A stretch of DNA of 64,000 nucleotides from Paraglomus brasilianum (taxonomy: Eukaryota). The notes beneath the pieces are model-generated. The model saw only the letters and a program-made list of their open reading frames with translations, was not told the origin of the DNA and ran no database searches. Positions within the stretch are counted from its first letter, which is position 1; each line of letters begins with the position of its first letter. Below, piece by piece: positions 38,718 through 51,033 of the stretch. The translations under genes and the position numbers were made by a program. The stretch is from assembly GCA_910592345.1 (NCBI GenBank), contig CAJVPI010000024.1, positions 1-64,000 of the forward strand. The letters run 5' to 3'.

Positions 38718-39357
38718 TCATCGTTTCTTCTTCTTCTTCTTTGTAGTTTTTTGTTTTATTTCGTACGGATCTATTCCTTTGCGGTAGTGCTCCCTCCACC
38801 GGAGAATCCATCTTAACGTATTGAAGTAAAAAAAATTAGGATACCAATGGAGGCTGGGATTGTCTCGTAAGAAGGACACTGAATGGGTCACTTACTTTCG
38901 CTCTTTTGCCGCCAATCCCATTTTACTCTTCATTTCGAGACTAGTTGCGGTGAATAGATGTTCCCAGTCCTACGATAAGATAATCACGATTAAACAGGCG
39001 ACCTCACGCGTCCATTCTATTATCAGATGCAGATAAACTCTGCTTTAAAAATTTTTTTGCTTGAACTGTTTAGTCGTTCAAGTATAAATATCCACCTACT
39101 TGAAACTTATCTGCCAATCCCACACATCCACGTCCGATACGCTCCAGAAAATCCTTTGGTGTTGAGATATTGCCTAATCAAATATATTAATATCAGCTAT
39201 AACTGACTAGTTCCTCTTCTATCCGCTAGTATTCTCCCATACCTCGGGGAGGTGGAACTTCTTTCCTATTAGCAATCAATGGTAAATCGCTATACCGACG
39301 TATTGGTATATAGTTGTGCGTTATCGAAAAGAATCGGAGCGTTCGGAATTGCAACAT
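38718..39357 (-). CDS. FYV4: Mitochondrial small ribosomal subunit protein mS41/Fyv4 (IGR-motif protein), 4 exons
   Basis: Not in the ORF track. Spliced: MLQFRTLRFFSITH..VPPPRGNISTPKDFLERIGRGCVGLADKFQDWEHLFTATSLEMKSKMGLAAKERKWILRWREHYRKGIDP..KKKKKKR*. Arg-rich presequence and FLxxIGR motif. Confidence 0.88.
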
Positions 39358-40332
39358 AGTGCGAAAAACAGTTAATTACTTGTGCATTTTAATTTTGCTT
39401 TACTATTACTTACTATTACAGTGAAACAATCACGTGATACATACACGATGGCGTTTACATATCATATTTACTACGCTGAAACGATTTGTGAGTACATGTT
39501 CCAATTTAGGATACAAAAAGGATTAAGAGTGTCTCTATCTTCAGGACTGGTTTCTCAGTTTATAGAAGCCAGTAATGAAAGCAGAGGATTGAAATTTGAC
39601 GCAATAAAAGCGAGAAAGCATATATTACAGTCTACAGTTCCAATGCATAGAATAATAACTTATATTTTTAGTATTGACAAATAGATACAGAGAACCAAAC
39701 ACTCTGTACGTAATGATATGATATGATTCATGCAACAACAACAAGACCATCGATAAGGCCAAGGAAGTATCTTGTCACGATTACAAAGGCCAATATGTAT
39801 ATCGAAAGGCAAATATCTGTTTCGGATAAATAAAGCAGCTTGACAATACTACGCGCAGAACGACATATCAATAGTAGTAATGCCCACTATTGATATGTTA
39901 CAATCCATCCGTACACACACTTTTGTATTAAAATGGGTCTTTAATGCAAGAACCCACCCATCAGAGCAGGGTACTTGTTGACGATAATTGGTTATGCATC
40001 ATAATAAACTACAGTTAATCCTAGTAAGACAGTGATACCCAATACGCAACACCAGCTAATAAATTGTTCTTTTCCAAATTCTTTTATTGTCTATATTAAT
40101 ATCTATCCGATTGCGAGTTGGTGGGTGATAGAGTATCTCCCTATCGCATGATAATCATACGCCCCGAGTTTCTATTTCCTTTTTCTATTTCACGTCAGAA
40201 ATCAACCCTAATTGGTCAAATTTTCATCATAGTGTTTAGCGGGGATGATTCGATTTGCGGTTAAATAAATCTTTCTACAGCCTCTTCCCCTCCTCCTCAA
40301 AGAACTAAAATAATAAATAATAGATAATAGAT

Positions 40333-43139
40333 ATGCGTCTGATCTCGATACAGCGCCAATTACTTTCTGCACTCCAAATGTTTGTATCTATAAGCACGAA
40401 CCTAGCTCCTCATTCCTATAGTGATCAATCACCCTCACTCCCGACACACGCGTATTGTCCAGCTACACCTCGATTCGAACCGTTACTATTTGCAACTCAA
40501 CTGTGCTTTAACAAAAGTACCCTTAATGACACTTTATCAACTAACAATCCGACGATGGACATTGCAGGCGGTTCCAATCGAATAGGAAAGAAGGGAGGTC
40601 CTCGTAAACGGAAGAAAAACAAGAACAAAAAACCAAAACCGCTGGACAACAACAAGAAGAACGAGGAAAATAATAAACCAAGTCCACCCATAACGAACGA
40701 CGCATCGAAGAATGAAAATCAGGAGTCAAGTGAACGTAGATCAAGGACGAAAGAAAGGAAGAATAAGGCACAGCAAAAAGAGTTAATAGACGACACATTC
40801 TATGGTGAAGAAGAAGAAGAAGAAGAAGAGTATGTTATGTCTCATTACGACAAAACGCTTAAAGACATACCGTCGCCTCCTCCTTCCTCTTCTTATCCTT
40901 CCTCGTCTTCACATTCTTCTTCAGATCTGTCGAATCTCAAAGAACGATTTAATTATGCTTCGCATGTCTGTGCAGCAATGGTATTAAACACCAATACTGG
41001 AGCCAAATTTGCTCATGCCATTCTCACTGAAAGCAAGGATCAATATATGCTTAATGAATGTGATGCCGGGAAGTTTGTAGTTGTTGAACTATGCAATGAT
41101 ATCTTGATCGATACAATTGTACTTGCCAATTTTGAGTTTTTCTCGTCAACTTTTAAACATTTTAGAATTTCCGCCAACAATGAACATCCGCCTAGAAAAG
41201 AAAGGCCATGGCGTTTGTTGGGAGAATATAAAGCTGAGAACACGAGGGAATTACAGGTAGGAAAGAAGATTCATGATGAGAACCAACGTGATTATTTAGC
41301 AACTGGATTAGTGTATTTTGTAATAGATACTTGTAAAGTTAAGGTTTACATCATATCTAAGACATACCTTCATAAAGGCTGCCAACTTTTGTTGGACTAT
41401 ATAACCATACCAGTAACAGTTTAATGCCAGCTTGGTTACGACGTGATGCTTACCATTATGCGAATTATTACTCACTCCTATCAGGTATTCAAAGTAAAAG
41501 ATCCTCTCCTTTGGGCCCGTTATATTCGTATAGACTTTGTAAGCCACTACGGCCGTCAATTCTTCTGTCCTGTCAGCCTTTTACGCGTATACGGAGTCAC
41601 CATGATTGAAGACTATAAGCGCAAGGAAGAAGAGGACTCTTCCTCCGGAGCTTCCGATATAACCGCAAGAATAAATAAAACCGATGATGACGGCGCTATG
41701 GGAGAGCTTATTGACTATTTAAAAACTGAGGAAGAGACATTAAAAAGGATTGATAAGAAACTGAGTGGCGAGAGTGAGGAAAAAGGCAGCGAAGAGAAAA
41801 GTGAGAGACGGAATGGTGGTGGGAATGGGAAAAATGAAGGATTGAGTCCTGGAAATGATCAGGGACGCGATGATAGAAAGGGGAGGGTTAATGAAGTAAG
41901 CGGTGAAGTTGATAGAGAAACCAATTCAGGGGAACGTAATCTGTATAGAGAAGATTCAAATTTTTTGCATGCACTCTTTGCCTCTGATTCCATGTCTACG
42001 CTTCAGTGTCCTCGAATACATGACGAAAAGGAAATATTTAGCTATCCGCTCTGCAAAATTACAGATGACCCATATTACTTTATGTCATTCTCCGATTATG
42101 CACGAAGACTGTTAGATTATCAATATATGTGTTTGGAAGATCAATGTGGGCTCTATGAAGAGAATTGTGGGAACACAAGATCAGCAGGCAGTGGTGCTGT
42201 GACGACACCATCAGCATCGCCGTCAATACCTTCACCTTCTTTATCAATGCCCTTATCCTCTACCCTCCCCTCGAGTTCTGCTCACGTCTCTCCCCCCACT
42301 CATCAACCGTCTTCACAAGAAGCTGCTCCCCCTCGCATCCAAAAAGAAGATTCTGATACTCAGAGCGTCTATCAAAAGTTCCTCAACCGTTTTTCTGATC
42401 TTGAACTTAATGCAATTGCGGCAAGGAAATCTATGGAGAGTCAGAGTAAGATGCTGAGAGATGTCCTGAACAAAATACAAACTCAGCAAGTTCAGATTTT
42501 GGGTTTTATGACCGAATTAAACCACAATGTGACGGGACTGGTGAGTATCAGAGTTGCAACTAATTTAATGGTTGAAATATGAATTGTTAATAAGTGGAGC
42601 GAACAATGGTAAGTGGCGTATGCGTATATTCATCATGTAATTGCCTTCTAGGATGAAAGATTGGCGAGGGTTGAAAGCACTATAAGTGAGCATGCCAGAG
42701 AGATAAGATTTCTATCTAAACAGATGGAATTTTATGCAGAGGTAAGAACTTGTATGTAGCTAGAACAACACACTCGCGAGCCTTATAGATAAAATTACGA
42801 ATATGTCATTGGCGCGTCGATGACACAATTTTATTTGGACTCTCCTCCTTTGTTCTCGTCAACCTTTTTGTCATTCCTTTTTTAGTCGTCTTGCCTAATT
42901 CTACTTATTTTTTCTGTTCTCAGATTTCTACTCTGGAATATGTTGTCATCGTTTGGCTCCTTATCCTTACGCTTGTCATGGTTGCAGTATTATGCAATTA
43001 CTATGTTACACAGAAATTTCTCGGCACTATTCATGACTTGTACCGAATGATAATAAATGCGATGAAAGTGTCTGGGATTCATAAAGAGCCCAAGCTATTT
43101 GTAAATCAGGATGATGTAAAGGATTCGGCAATCAAGTGA
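40333..43139 (+). CDS. SLP1: ER SUN-domain protein (Slp1/SUCO family), 4 exons
   Basis: KERFNYAS..C.A..KDQYMLNEC..FVVVELCNDILIDTIVLANFEFFSSTFKHF..WARYIRIDFVSHYGRQFFCPVSLLRVYGVTMIE, then a coiled coil and a C-terminal TM helix. Confidence 0.92.
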
Positions 43140-43707
43140 GACGTTGGATTAAGTAGTAATAAAAAGGGCAAGCGTATATGCTGGACAGCTATGATGTCAA
43201 AGGAGATTGTGACGTCACTAATTCAAATGGATGGACATTGGAAATTACTAACAATGTATTATAGTTAAAATTTTTTACATGTACAGTACCTTCAAGTGGT
43301 CTTTTGCGTACTAAGTAAACTTGTTTGCAACAATGTTTTACATATATTTCTGTAATTTGTTTCAATGTCTCTTTGATATCTTGATCTATCTCTATCAAAG
43401 CGATCAAAGCCAGCCTAACGATTTTAAAGATTTTGATCGCTATAAATACAAAATCCCATACGCCAAGGTCAAATGCTTTACTAATAAAATATATTCAGAA
43501 TGCTTTGTAATATATATGTTTAAAATTTCATAATATTTGGTTCAGAAATGATAGAGAAAAGAAATTTTAATAAATTGGTTATTAAAATATATGCAATACA
43601 TTAACATTTGGTAGGATTTCCTCTACGGGGCATGCTATCAACACTGTATTGTTCTCTTGTTCTCAAGAGTATTTATATGAGGTATCAGGTGATGACTTAA
43701 AACAGAT

Positions 43708-44560
43708 ACACAGTGGCTCTCTTTATAGTGTACCTCCTTTATAGTGGAGACTAATTAAAATCGCGATAAAGGTTCAAAACCATCTATAATGAATGCTATC
43801 CGATATAGGATATAGTGTATTTTTTACTAGTAGAATGTAAATAGCCGATTTTGCTATTTACTACGGAATTATTTGATTGGTCAGAAATTTACCCATGTAT
43901 TTTGGATCGGGTGACGACTCATGATAAATTCGAATGGTGATATAAAATTCATTATATAAACGACCTTTCTCCCAGGCGGAAAAAGTAAGTTGGTTACTGC
44001 TGAGGGTAAAACTGAAGTGGAACTACTTCCCTGGGGTGGCTTCATCTCTTGTAATAATAAAATATTAATATCCGTTATTGATTATTGGAAATGTATTATT
44101 TTGTTCTCTACCGATACTTTGATGTAAGAATTCCCTAGTGACTAATAAGACATGTTACGGAATAATTATTTCGTTATAAAATTATGGCGATTAATAAGCA
44201 GCGCATGAGAAGTATTATATCATTTTCTGAATTGACACTTTGCATATAAGTTCTTCGCGATTAATAAGACAAGTAGCGGAGTATCCGTCTATCGATGCTT
44301 TGTGGTAATATCTTGGCAACTAATAAGGGATGCGTGAGAAATGTTCAGTTTAGAAAGATTGCGATTATAAGACCTTATGTTTAAAATAGAAAAGGCGTTC
44401 GTAATAATAAAGACGCCGAGAGTTTAATATACTCGTTAGAAGGTTGATACTCGTAATATACAACAAAAGTTATTGTGAATCCATCGTTATTGTCCACTTA
44501 TCGCTATTGTGAACTTATCATTATTGTAAAATTATCGTTATTCTGTTCAAGTTAAAAATC
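43708..44560. mobile_element. Degenerate TE-like region with TIR-like start and short periodic motifs
   Basis: TACACAGTGGCTCTCTTTATAGTG..CTTTATAGTG at 43708; recurring G(C/T)(G/A)A(T/C)TAATAAG-like motif at ~44139, 44187, 44257, 44316 and 44361; ~17-bp TTATTGT..ATCG tandem units at 44470-44545. Confidence 0.35.
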
Positions 44561-47500
44561 AATGAGGGGGAACCTATGCCAAAATGTTAGTAGAGTATTG
44601 GAGCCATAGAGTGTGATAGAGACACGAAGCGACATGCGGATACTCTTGATGAAAATCCAATCGAAGCATTACAGTGGAAAGAGCAATATTAATGTTGGGG
44701 CTGAATTAACGAAATAATGTATAACGGGTATTAGATATTTTATATATGAGCGGCATTTCTTCGTACGCTACGTTTTAAGAGTAGCGGTTAAATCTAAAGT
44801 GTTGTATTCTTATTTAATTGTTATATATTTTGTAATTATACGGATAGTATTAGTATAGAAAGGACCGATGGAGAATATATCTGTTGCCTAAGATATATTC
44901 GAGACACGATCCCAATGTAAGTCTGCGAACAAGAGTACTACGAAACACGAATCATGATAGTCAATGCAAAATCATTCGTCTAGCAACGGTGACCTGTCTC
45001 AGTTTCGAACCCAGACACTCAGCTCCAGAACTCAGTTGACTCAGTCCGCTTTTGTACCCGTTTTTTTTTTTTTATGTGTTTTTTATGTGTACCGTAAAAA
45101 ATTACCGCAGTTTAAGCGGTTTAGGGATTATTAAGTTGGGTAAGAATGGATCGGGCGAGAAAGCCAAAGATAATAGTTCGCGGCGGACAGTCCCCAACTG
45201 GGATACAACAAGGTCATAATTTTCCAAGCCATTTTAGAAAAGTACTATTATTACATGAGAAAAAAATATTTGTGAGAAACCGATTGTCGCACGCGTCAGT
45301 TTATATAAAGTCGTGTTTGCGTTAGTGGCGCAACATACTACGTATGATTGGTACATTCGCCTGACTCGCAACAAACACAATGATGATAATTATTTACGAT
45401 ACTAATACTAATAATACGTCAAGTTATACCGTATTTTTTTTTTAATGTCTACTATTTACTTTATTTTTAATTATTTGGTTTTATGTTTAATTCAAATATA
45501 AAAAAGAAGGTGAACATAAATATTCCTCCCATTGCCGGCAGACGCATATTATTGACAATAACATAAAGAGAACCAAATATTAATACTAACATTAGTAGTG
45601 ATTTGTATGGAATATTTGGAATGGTCTCGCAAGACTTGCTGAAGAAAAAAAAGATGAAGACAGTATTACTGCGGCGGTTTTATGTAAATTTTTTAATTTA
45701 TCGAGATAAGTGATGTTTCCCTATCAGTTTTCTACTAAATTACTTTATTTCGGACTGGGTATTTTGCAAAAGAACTGCTGTTCTAGGTCAAACAGCAATT
45801 AAAATTTGCAGTTTTATAAAAATGCCTTAGAATATGCAGCTTCTGCTGTTAAGAAATCAGTCAAATTGAATTCTATAATGATTCATAAAGCAAAAGAGTA
45901 TAATAATATCTTTGATTGTTTAATATTTAGTTGTGTATGATACTTTAAGATAAAATAAAGAATTTTTCAGCCCGAATTTTTTGTACTAAAAATACAAATT
46001 TTATTATAAACTGTAAAAATAAAGAGAATTCTCTCGCGCCTCTAACAAATGAATCGATTACCTCGATTAGTAAAGATTTACCTCTTTAAATTAAACAATT
46101 TGCCATTTAAGGAATAAGTGTTACCAAAATCTTAATTCTTGATTCGAAAACCATGAATATCACTGCCGGTCCTTCTATTAAGAATAACGCAAGAATATAT
46201 ATAATTCATTATCCGGTAGTAAAAAACTCCGGTCAATTACGAGAAAGACTTTAACGGGACTAAAGACAATACGCGCTTATATGAAAATCAGGAACTTGCA
46301 GAAAAAATTTCAATTAGTCCTGTCAGTAATTGAAACACGCAAACAGTCTTATTTACCAATATTAGCAATTTGTGTCGACGCCGCAGTATCCTCGATAAAT
46401 AAACTCGACTTTATCTTATCGAGTTTGACTATGTATTAGTCTAGCGAAATGTAAGTTATAATGTCGATCCGCACATCAAATCAATTGTCCCTTAACCCTG
46501 CTGCCTTTTAATAGTAATAGTGTGCATGTAGATTATTCAACGTCAATCCTGGGTATATCAATAAACTGGATTGCACCTAAATGTGCGGTGTGATTATTAT
46601 TACCTTTCTAGTTAATAGATCAACTCGTAAAAAATTTTGTAATGTTAATTGAACGACTTGTCGCATACTTGCAAGACTGAATTGTACACGGATGCAGTGG
46701 AATATTCAGGTAAGTAAATAAGTGTCAATCACATGTAAGAACACGAAAACTCAGCCGTCTCGTCAAAACTGCAAAATGACAATTCTCATGCATGATAACA
46801 TTGCCTAGATAAATCGGAATTTGACCAATTCGGAATATAATGATAAGCATTACATACAAAATATAAATATGTGCTTGATGGTCCTCGTAGACTTGTTATG
46901 TAAGGATGTACTATTACCGGTCGGATAATGTACTTTCTACGAAGGATATCTTGGAGAACAATACCATTTTGATTTGGCTCTATGCAAAGTTCGCTATTGA
47001 CAATACACGGAAAGTCCGACTTAGGTTTGCTCATTTGAAATCTGTGCTTTAAGAACATGTGATTTCAAGGGGCATTTGTGAATGATGAATGACCCTTTAT
47101 CAGCGACTGTCTATATGGTTAGAAGTCTTTTAAATTAGTTAGAACTAAAATACTCCCTAATGCACAATGGGCATGCATTTAGGGAGCTGCATTTAAATCA
47201 CGCACCTATTATTATACTTTATTTGGGTTACATGATTGTTCTAGCATTGACAATCCAATATATATCTGAGAATATTTGTATCCTTCGTTGAATTGCCTTA
47301 GTCATCTAGATGCTAATTTCTCCCATTTGAACAGTGTATCCCATTGAACAGTGAAGACTTTATTTCCATTATAGAGAAATGACACTTTTATCCGACGCTT
47401 TTATGGTCGTACAGCATATTCTGCCATTCTTCCATTATTATTATGACTAATTCTGACTAGTGTACGAAAAGTCGGAAAAAAAGTGTCGGAATTATCGACT

Positions 47501-48459
47501 ATAACAACCATAGTTGACTATACCATCACGTCATATTTTCAGAGATTGAGCCCTCGTTTAATCCACGTTCAGCGGTTACGAATTGTTTCTGTTATTATCA
47601 TGCATACTTTTAGTAATACAAGTGAAACTCGATGCTCGGTTCTAACCCAAAAGGTCGCTATATCGAGTACGTCAGTATATCCAAATTAAGTACGCCCTTT
47701 GTTCCATCATTGTCGTTATATCGGTATATTAATATCGGAATCCTTTTTTTTTTATCTGCTGCCTAAATATAACCCTCCTTTAAGCGGCGTTGATTGCGGC
47801 AACATCTGCTGATGCATGACACATTCAATCTATGACTTGCGGCATCAATGGATAATGTGAATTGACTCGCGTATAATACGCTTACGGTTTTATGGGCTGT
47901 CAAACATCAGTGCTGTTGTGAAAGACTGGATAAGTCTGAATTGAGCGGTATCAAGTACTGAAGCATAGCTTTGCTGGAGAGTATTTTGAAAAATCAACTC
48001 TGATCTTTCATTCGTTTTCCCAAAATGAGATGCTCCGGATGATTTTTCTTGTTATCGTGAGCATACAGTCAAGGCTCAAAGTACTTTAAAGCGAAATAAG
48101 GCAATAGCATTAACTTATTGTAGTCTTACTTTGCCAAGACTCCAAGGTACCGCGGGTAAGACGAAATATAGATTTTGGACACTTTAATCAATCGTTTAGC
48201 AAGCAATAAATTAACGAAAGTTTCTGTTGACTATAGATGGGTGGGACTCAATGACTCGAGATAGGGAAGATCTTTATTCGCAGATCTCTTGACTTGTCAA
48301 TTTGCGCGTTTCAGATTAGGGAGTGCTTAATTATCTGGTTCATGTGATTTTTCTTGGCAGTAAGTCAGATGACCGAGGTGTCTACAATATAACATATATA
48401 TATATAGCTGTGCGGATTGTTCGAATAACTGTCATAATAACAAATTATTAAGAGGGACT

Positions 48460-49679
48460 ATGGACACTATATTGCCAATGGTTTACATCGTTCGACATGG
48501 TAATAGCTGATATAAGGAACAGCGTCAATAATAATTATGAATAATAATTATATGTTTTTCCAGGTGAGACCGACTGGACAAAATCAGGCAGGTATACGTC
48601 GACGATGGAAATCGGATTAAATTCTCGTGGTAAAGCACAAGTGGCTCAATTATCGCGCTTCACATTTGAGAATTCGCGTCAAGGTAATAATCACTTTTTG
48701 TGCTGATTACTGATAATCGGTCAGCCGCATTTGCGCTCATTGCTCACCGCTCATCCATTATCTTTTCAGAATGCATTAACACAAAGAACATTTCAATGAC
48801 CCTCTTATCCGAGAGACACTGTGCTCAAGAGACTTTTGATATCTTCAAAATTCCTAACAAAGATAAAATTCTTACTTATATTGAACCAAATATATCGGAA
48901 TGGCATTTTGGAGATTACGAGTGTATGACTAGAGATGAGATTCATAGCACAACAGCATTCTGGGACATATGGTATATTTTTGTGGATGAAGAGGGGGAGG
49001 GGAGTGTGGGAGAAAGGGAAGATGGAGAGAGCAGGTTGAGTTAAATATGGGAAAAAGAAAGATGAGCTATTAATATATTGAAATGTTTGATTAATTGTAA
49101 GCATTATTTGTTGTCATAGGAAAGAAGGATGCCCCAATGGTGAAACGATCGAACAAGTGGCCGAACGTTGTGATCATGTCATTGAAAAAATTATGGCACA
49201 TCATGCAGAGGTTATCAAACAACTTTGCGCATATAGATCACGCAGCTAATCATTGTTTCGATTTATATCAATCATTCCTCCTTACTCTCCTCTCATTTCA
49301 TCTCTACTTCAGCACATGGATCACAATCCAAAAGCTCCGGGAGGCGATGTTCTACTGATAGCTCACGAGCATTCACTTCGTGTACTCGCCGCCAGGTGGG
49401 TGGGTCTGCCACCCGAACACGCGAAAAATCTTGAACTTGATACTTCGGTGAGTGTACTTTACCCCCCCCCCCCCTTTTTTTTTTTTTTACATTCAACTTA
49501 TGGGTAATGTAAGATTGACGAGATAAGACTTGCATTATGTCTAATTACGTGCTTCGTTATCTCTTGCCTCACGAATGAAGAGCCTAAGCGTTCTAGGTTA
49601 CAATCGATCAATGCGAGTGCCAGTAATTAAAACTTGGAATATCAGAAGTCAATTCTTTAATAGAGACCCCATACTGTAA
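48460..49679 (+). CDS. Histidine phosphatase / phosphoglycerate mutase family protein (Shb17-like), 6 exons
   Basis: Spliced: VYIVRHGETDWTKSGRYTS..EWHFGDYEC.T..EI..WDIWKEGCPNGET..V.ERCD..DVLLIAHEHSLRVLAARWVGLP..LDTSSLSVLGY..WN. Confidence 0.87.
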
Positions 49680-50093
49680 TCTTTAGTCGGCACAAAATAA
49701 ATTTTCTAGATGTCATCGCACCAGAATTAATATACCCGATTAGACAAAGAACTTGGTTACCAAATTTGCGAATACAGAAACTTGGATTGAACTTGCGAAA
49801 TGTATGAAAAGATGGCATTTCTGTAAACGCCATTTTGAGTCCCAACTTTTTTGCACTGTCGCGATGAGAGTATGAATACGACACTCGATTTGATAAATTG
49901 ATCAACAAAGTTCTCGTTCATCATTGGCATAACTTAAAATTCTTCGGACCTTAGATTACGCAACATGCTAGGTTGCAAAATCTATAGCTCAGAACCCTCT
50001 CCACTTGTAAATACATTCTCCTTGCTCATAAGCATTCATTATTAATAGTTTACATTAAGCAGGATTAAAAGTTATCTATGTCTGTAAACACAT

Positions 50094-51033
50094 CTATGAC
50101 TTTTTGCTTTTTCCTTTCTTTCTCTTGACATCATATTTTTTCTCCAGGCTCTCAATTAAATCGTTCATCCTCTTCTTTCCTCTCATCCTCATAATCTCTT
50201 TTAACTTCTCCTCACCATCATCATTCCCTAACAATTTCCCATCCAAACCCAGCTCCTCTGCCATCTTCTCTGCTTCTTTGGCTTCTTTCTCTGCAGCTTT
50301 TCTTCTCCGTTTACTCGCAGCAGCAGTAGTGGTGGTAGTGAATTTCTTATGAAGAGGAATCGTTTTGGATGAGATCTCTTCTTGGAGAATAGAAATAAAG
50401 CGTGGCTCGTCAGAAGTGGATGAGCAAGGAATGTCGGAAAGAATAAGGTTCATGTCGCCCTTGTGCTTTGTATAGGATTCTGTGAGGTCTTTGCGTTCTT
50501 CTTCGGAGCCTGTGTGTCCAAAGACGCGAGACAGGATAAAAGATAGTGAATTAAATAACTGGACTCATAGCCAACAAAGACTTGCATGTTAACCCAGCGA
50601 GTGCTTCAGACACTTTTTTTTTACTCCAAATTCTTGCATATCTATCTTACTTACCTTGATATGTATTCTTAAATTCTTCAATGGTCTTAGCATTAACAGT
50701 GCCTGACCACAATTCCTTAAAGTACTCTGTCCAACCTTTTTCGTCTAATCCATCAAGCGAATCTAACCCATCGGTTTCTCCTGTCTTATCGTATCTATTT
50801 CGTTTCTTCTCGTCACTCAATATCGAATACGCGAACACAATGGACTGAAATTTCTTCGTCGCATCGGCGCGAACGTCGGGTGACGAGTTAACGTGTTTGT
50901 CAGGATGGTGTTCTAGAGCAAGTTTACGATAGGACTTCTTTATTTCCTCGGAAGAGGCCGTGCGCGATAGATTCAGAATGCAGTAGAGGTCTTCATAAGA
51001 AGAAAGAACGTCTTCCAAGTTTGTGTTTGACAT
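50094..51033 (-). CDS. DnaJ-domain co-chaperone, DNAJC9-like (intron 50510-50654)
   Basis: J domain with HPD (LALEHHPDKH), followed by W.EYFKELW..TIEEFKNTYQGSEEERKDL..GDM..DEPRF..KEAKEAE. Confidence 0.92.

Noticed and set aside
44130..44550. CRISPR-like repeat-spacer appearance
   Set aside because: Repeats are only ~12 bp, degenerate and irregularly spaced; there are no cas genes and the context is eukaryotic.
44985..45055. Minus-strand GGGTTCGAAAC, like a tRNA T-loop/B-box
   Set aside because: I could not build a cloverleaf or find an A-box; at most a SINE relic.
47151..47186. Hairpin CTCCCTAATGCA...TGCATTTAGGGAG
   Set aside because: Short and isolated; possibly a collapsed MITE end, with no supporting context.
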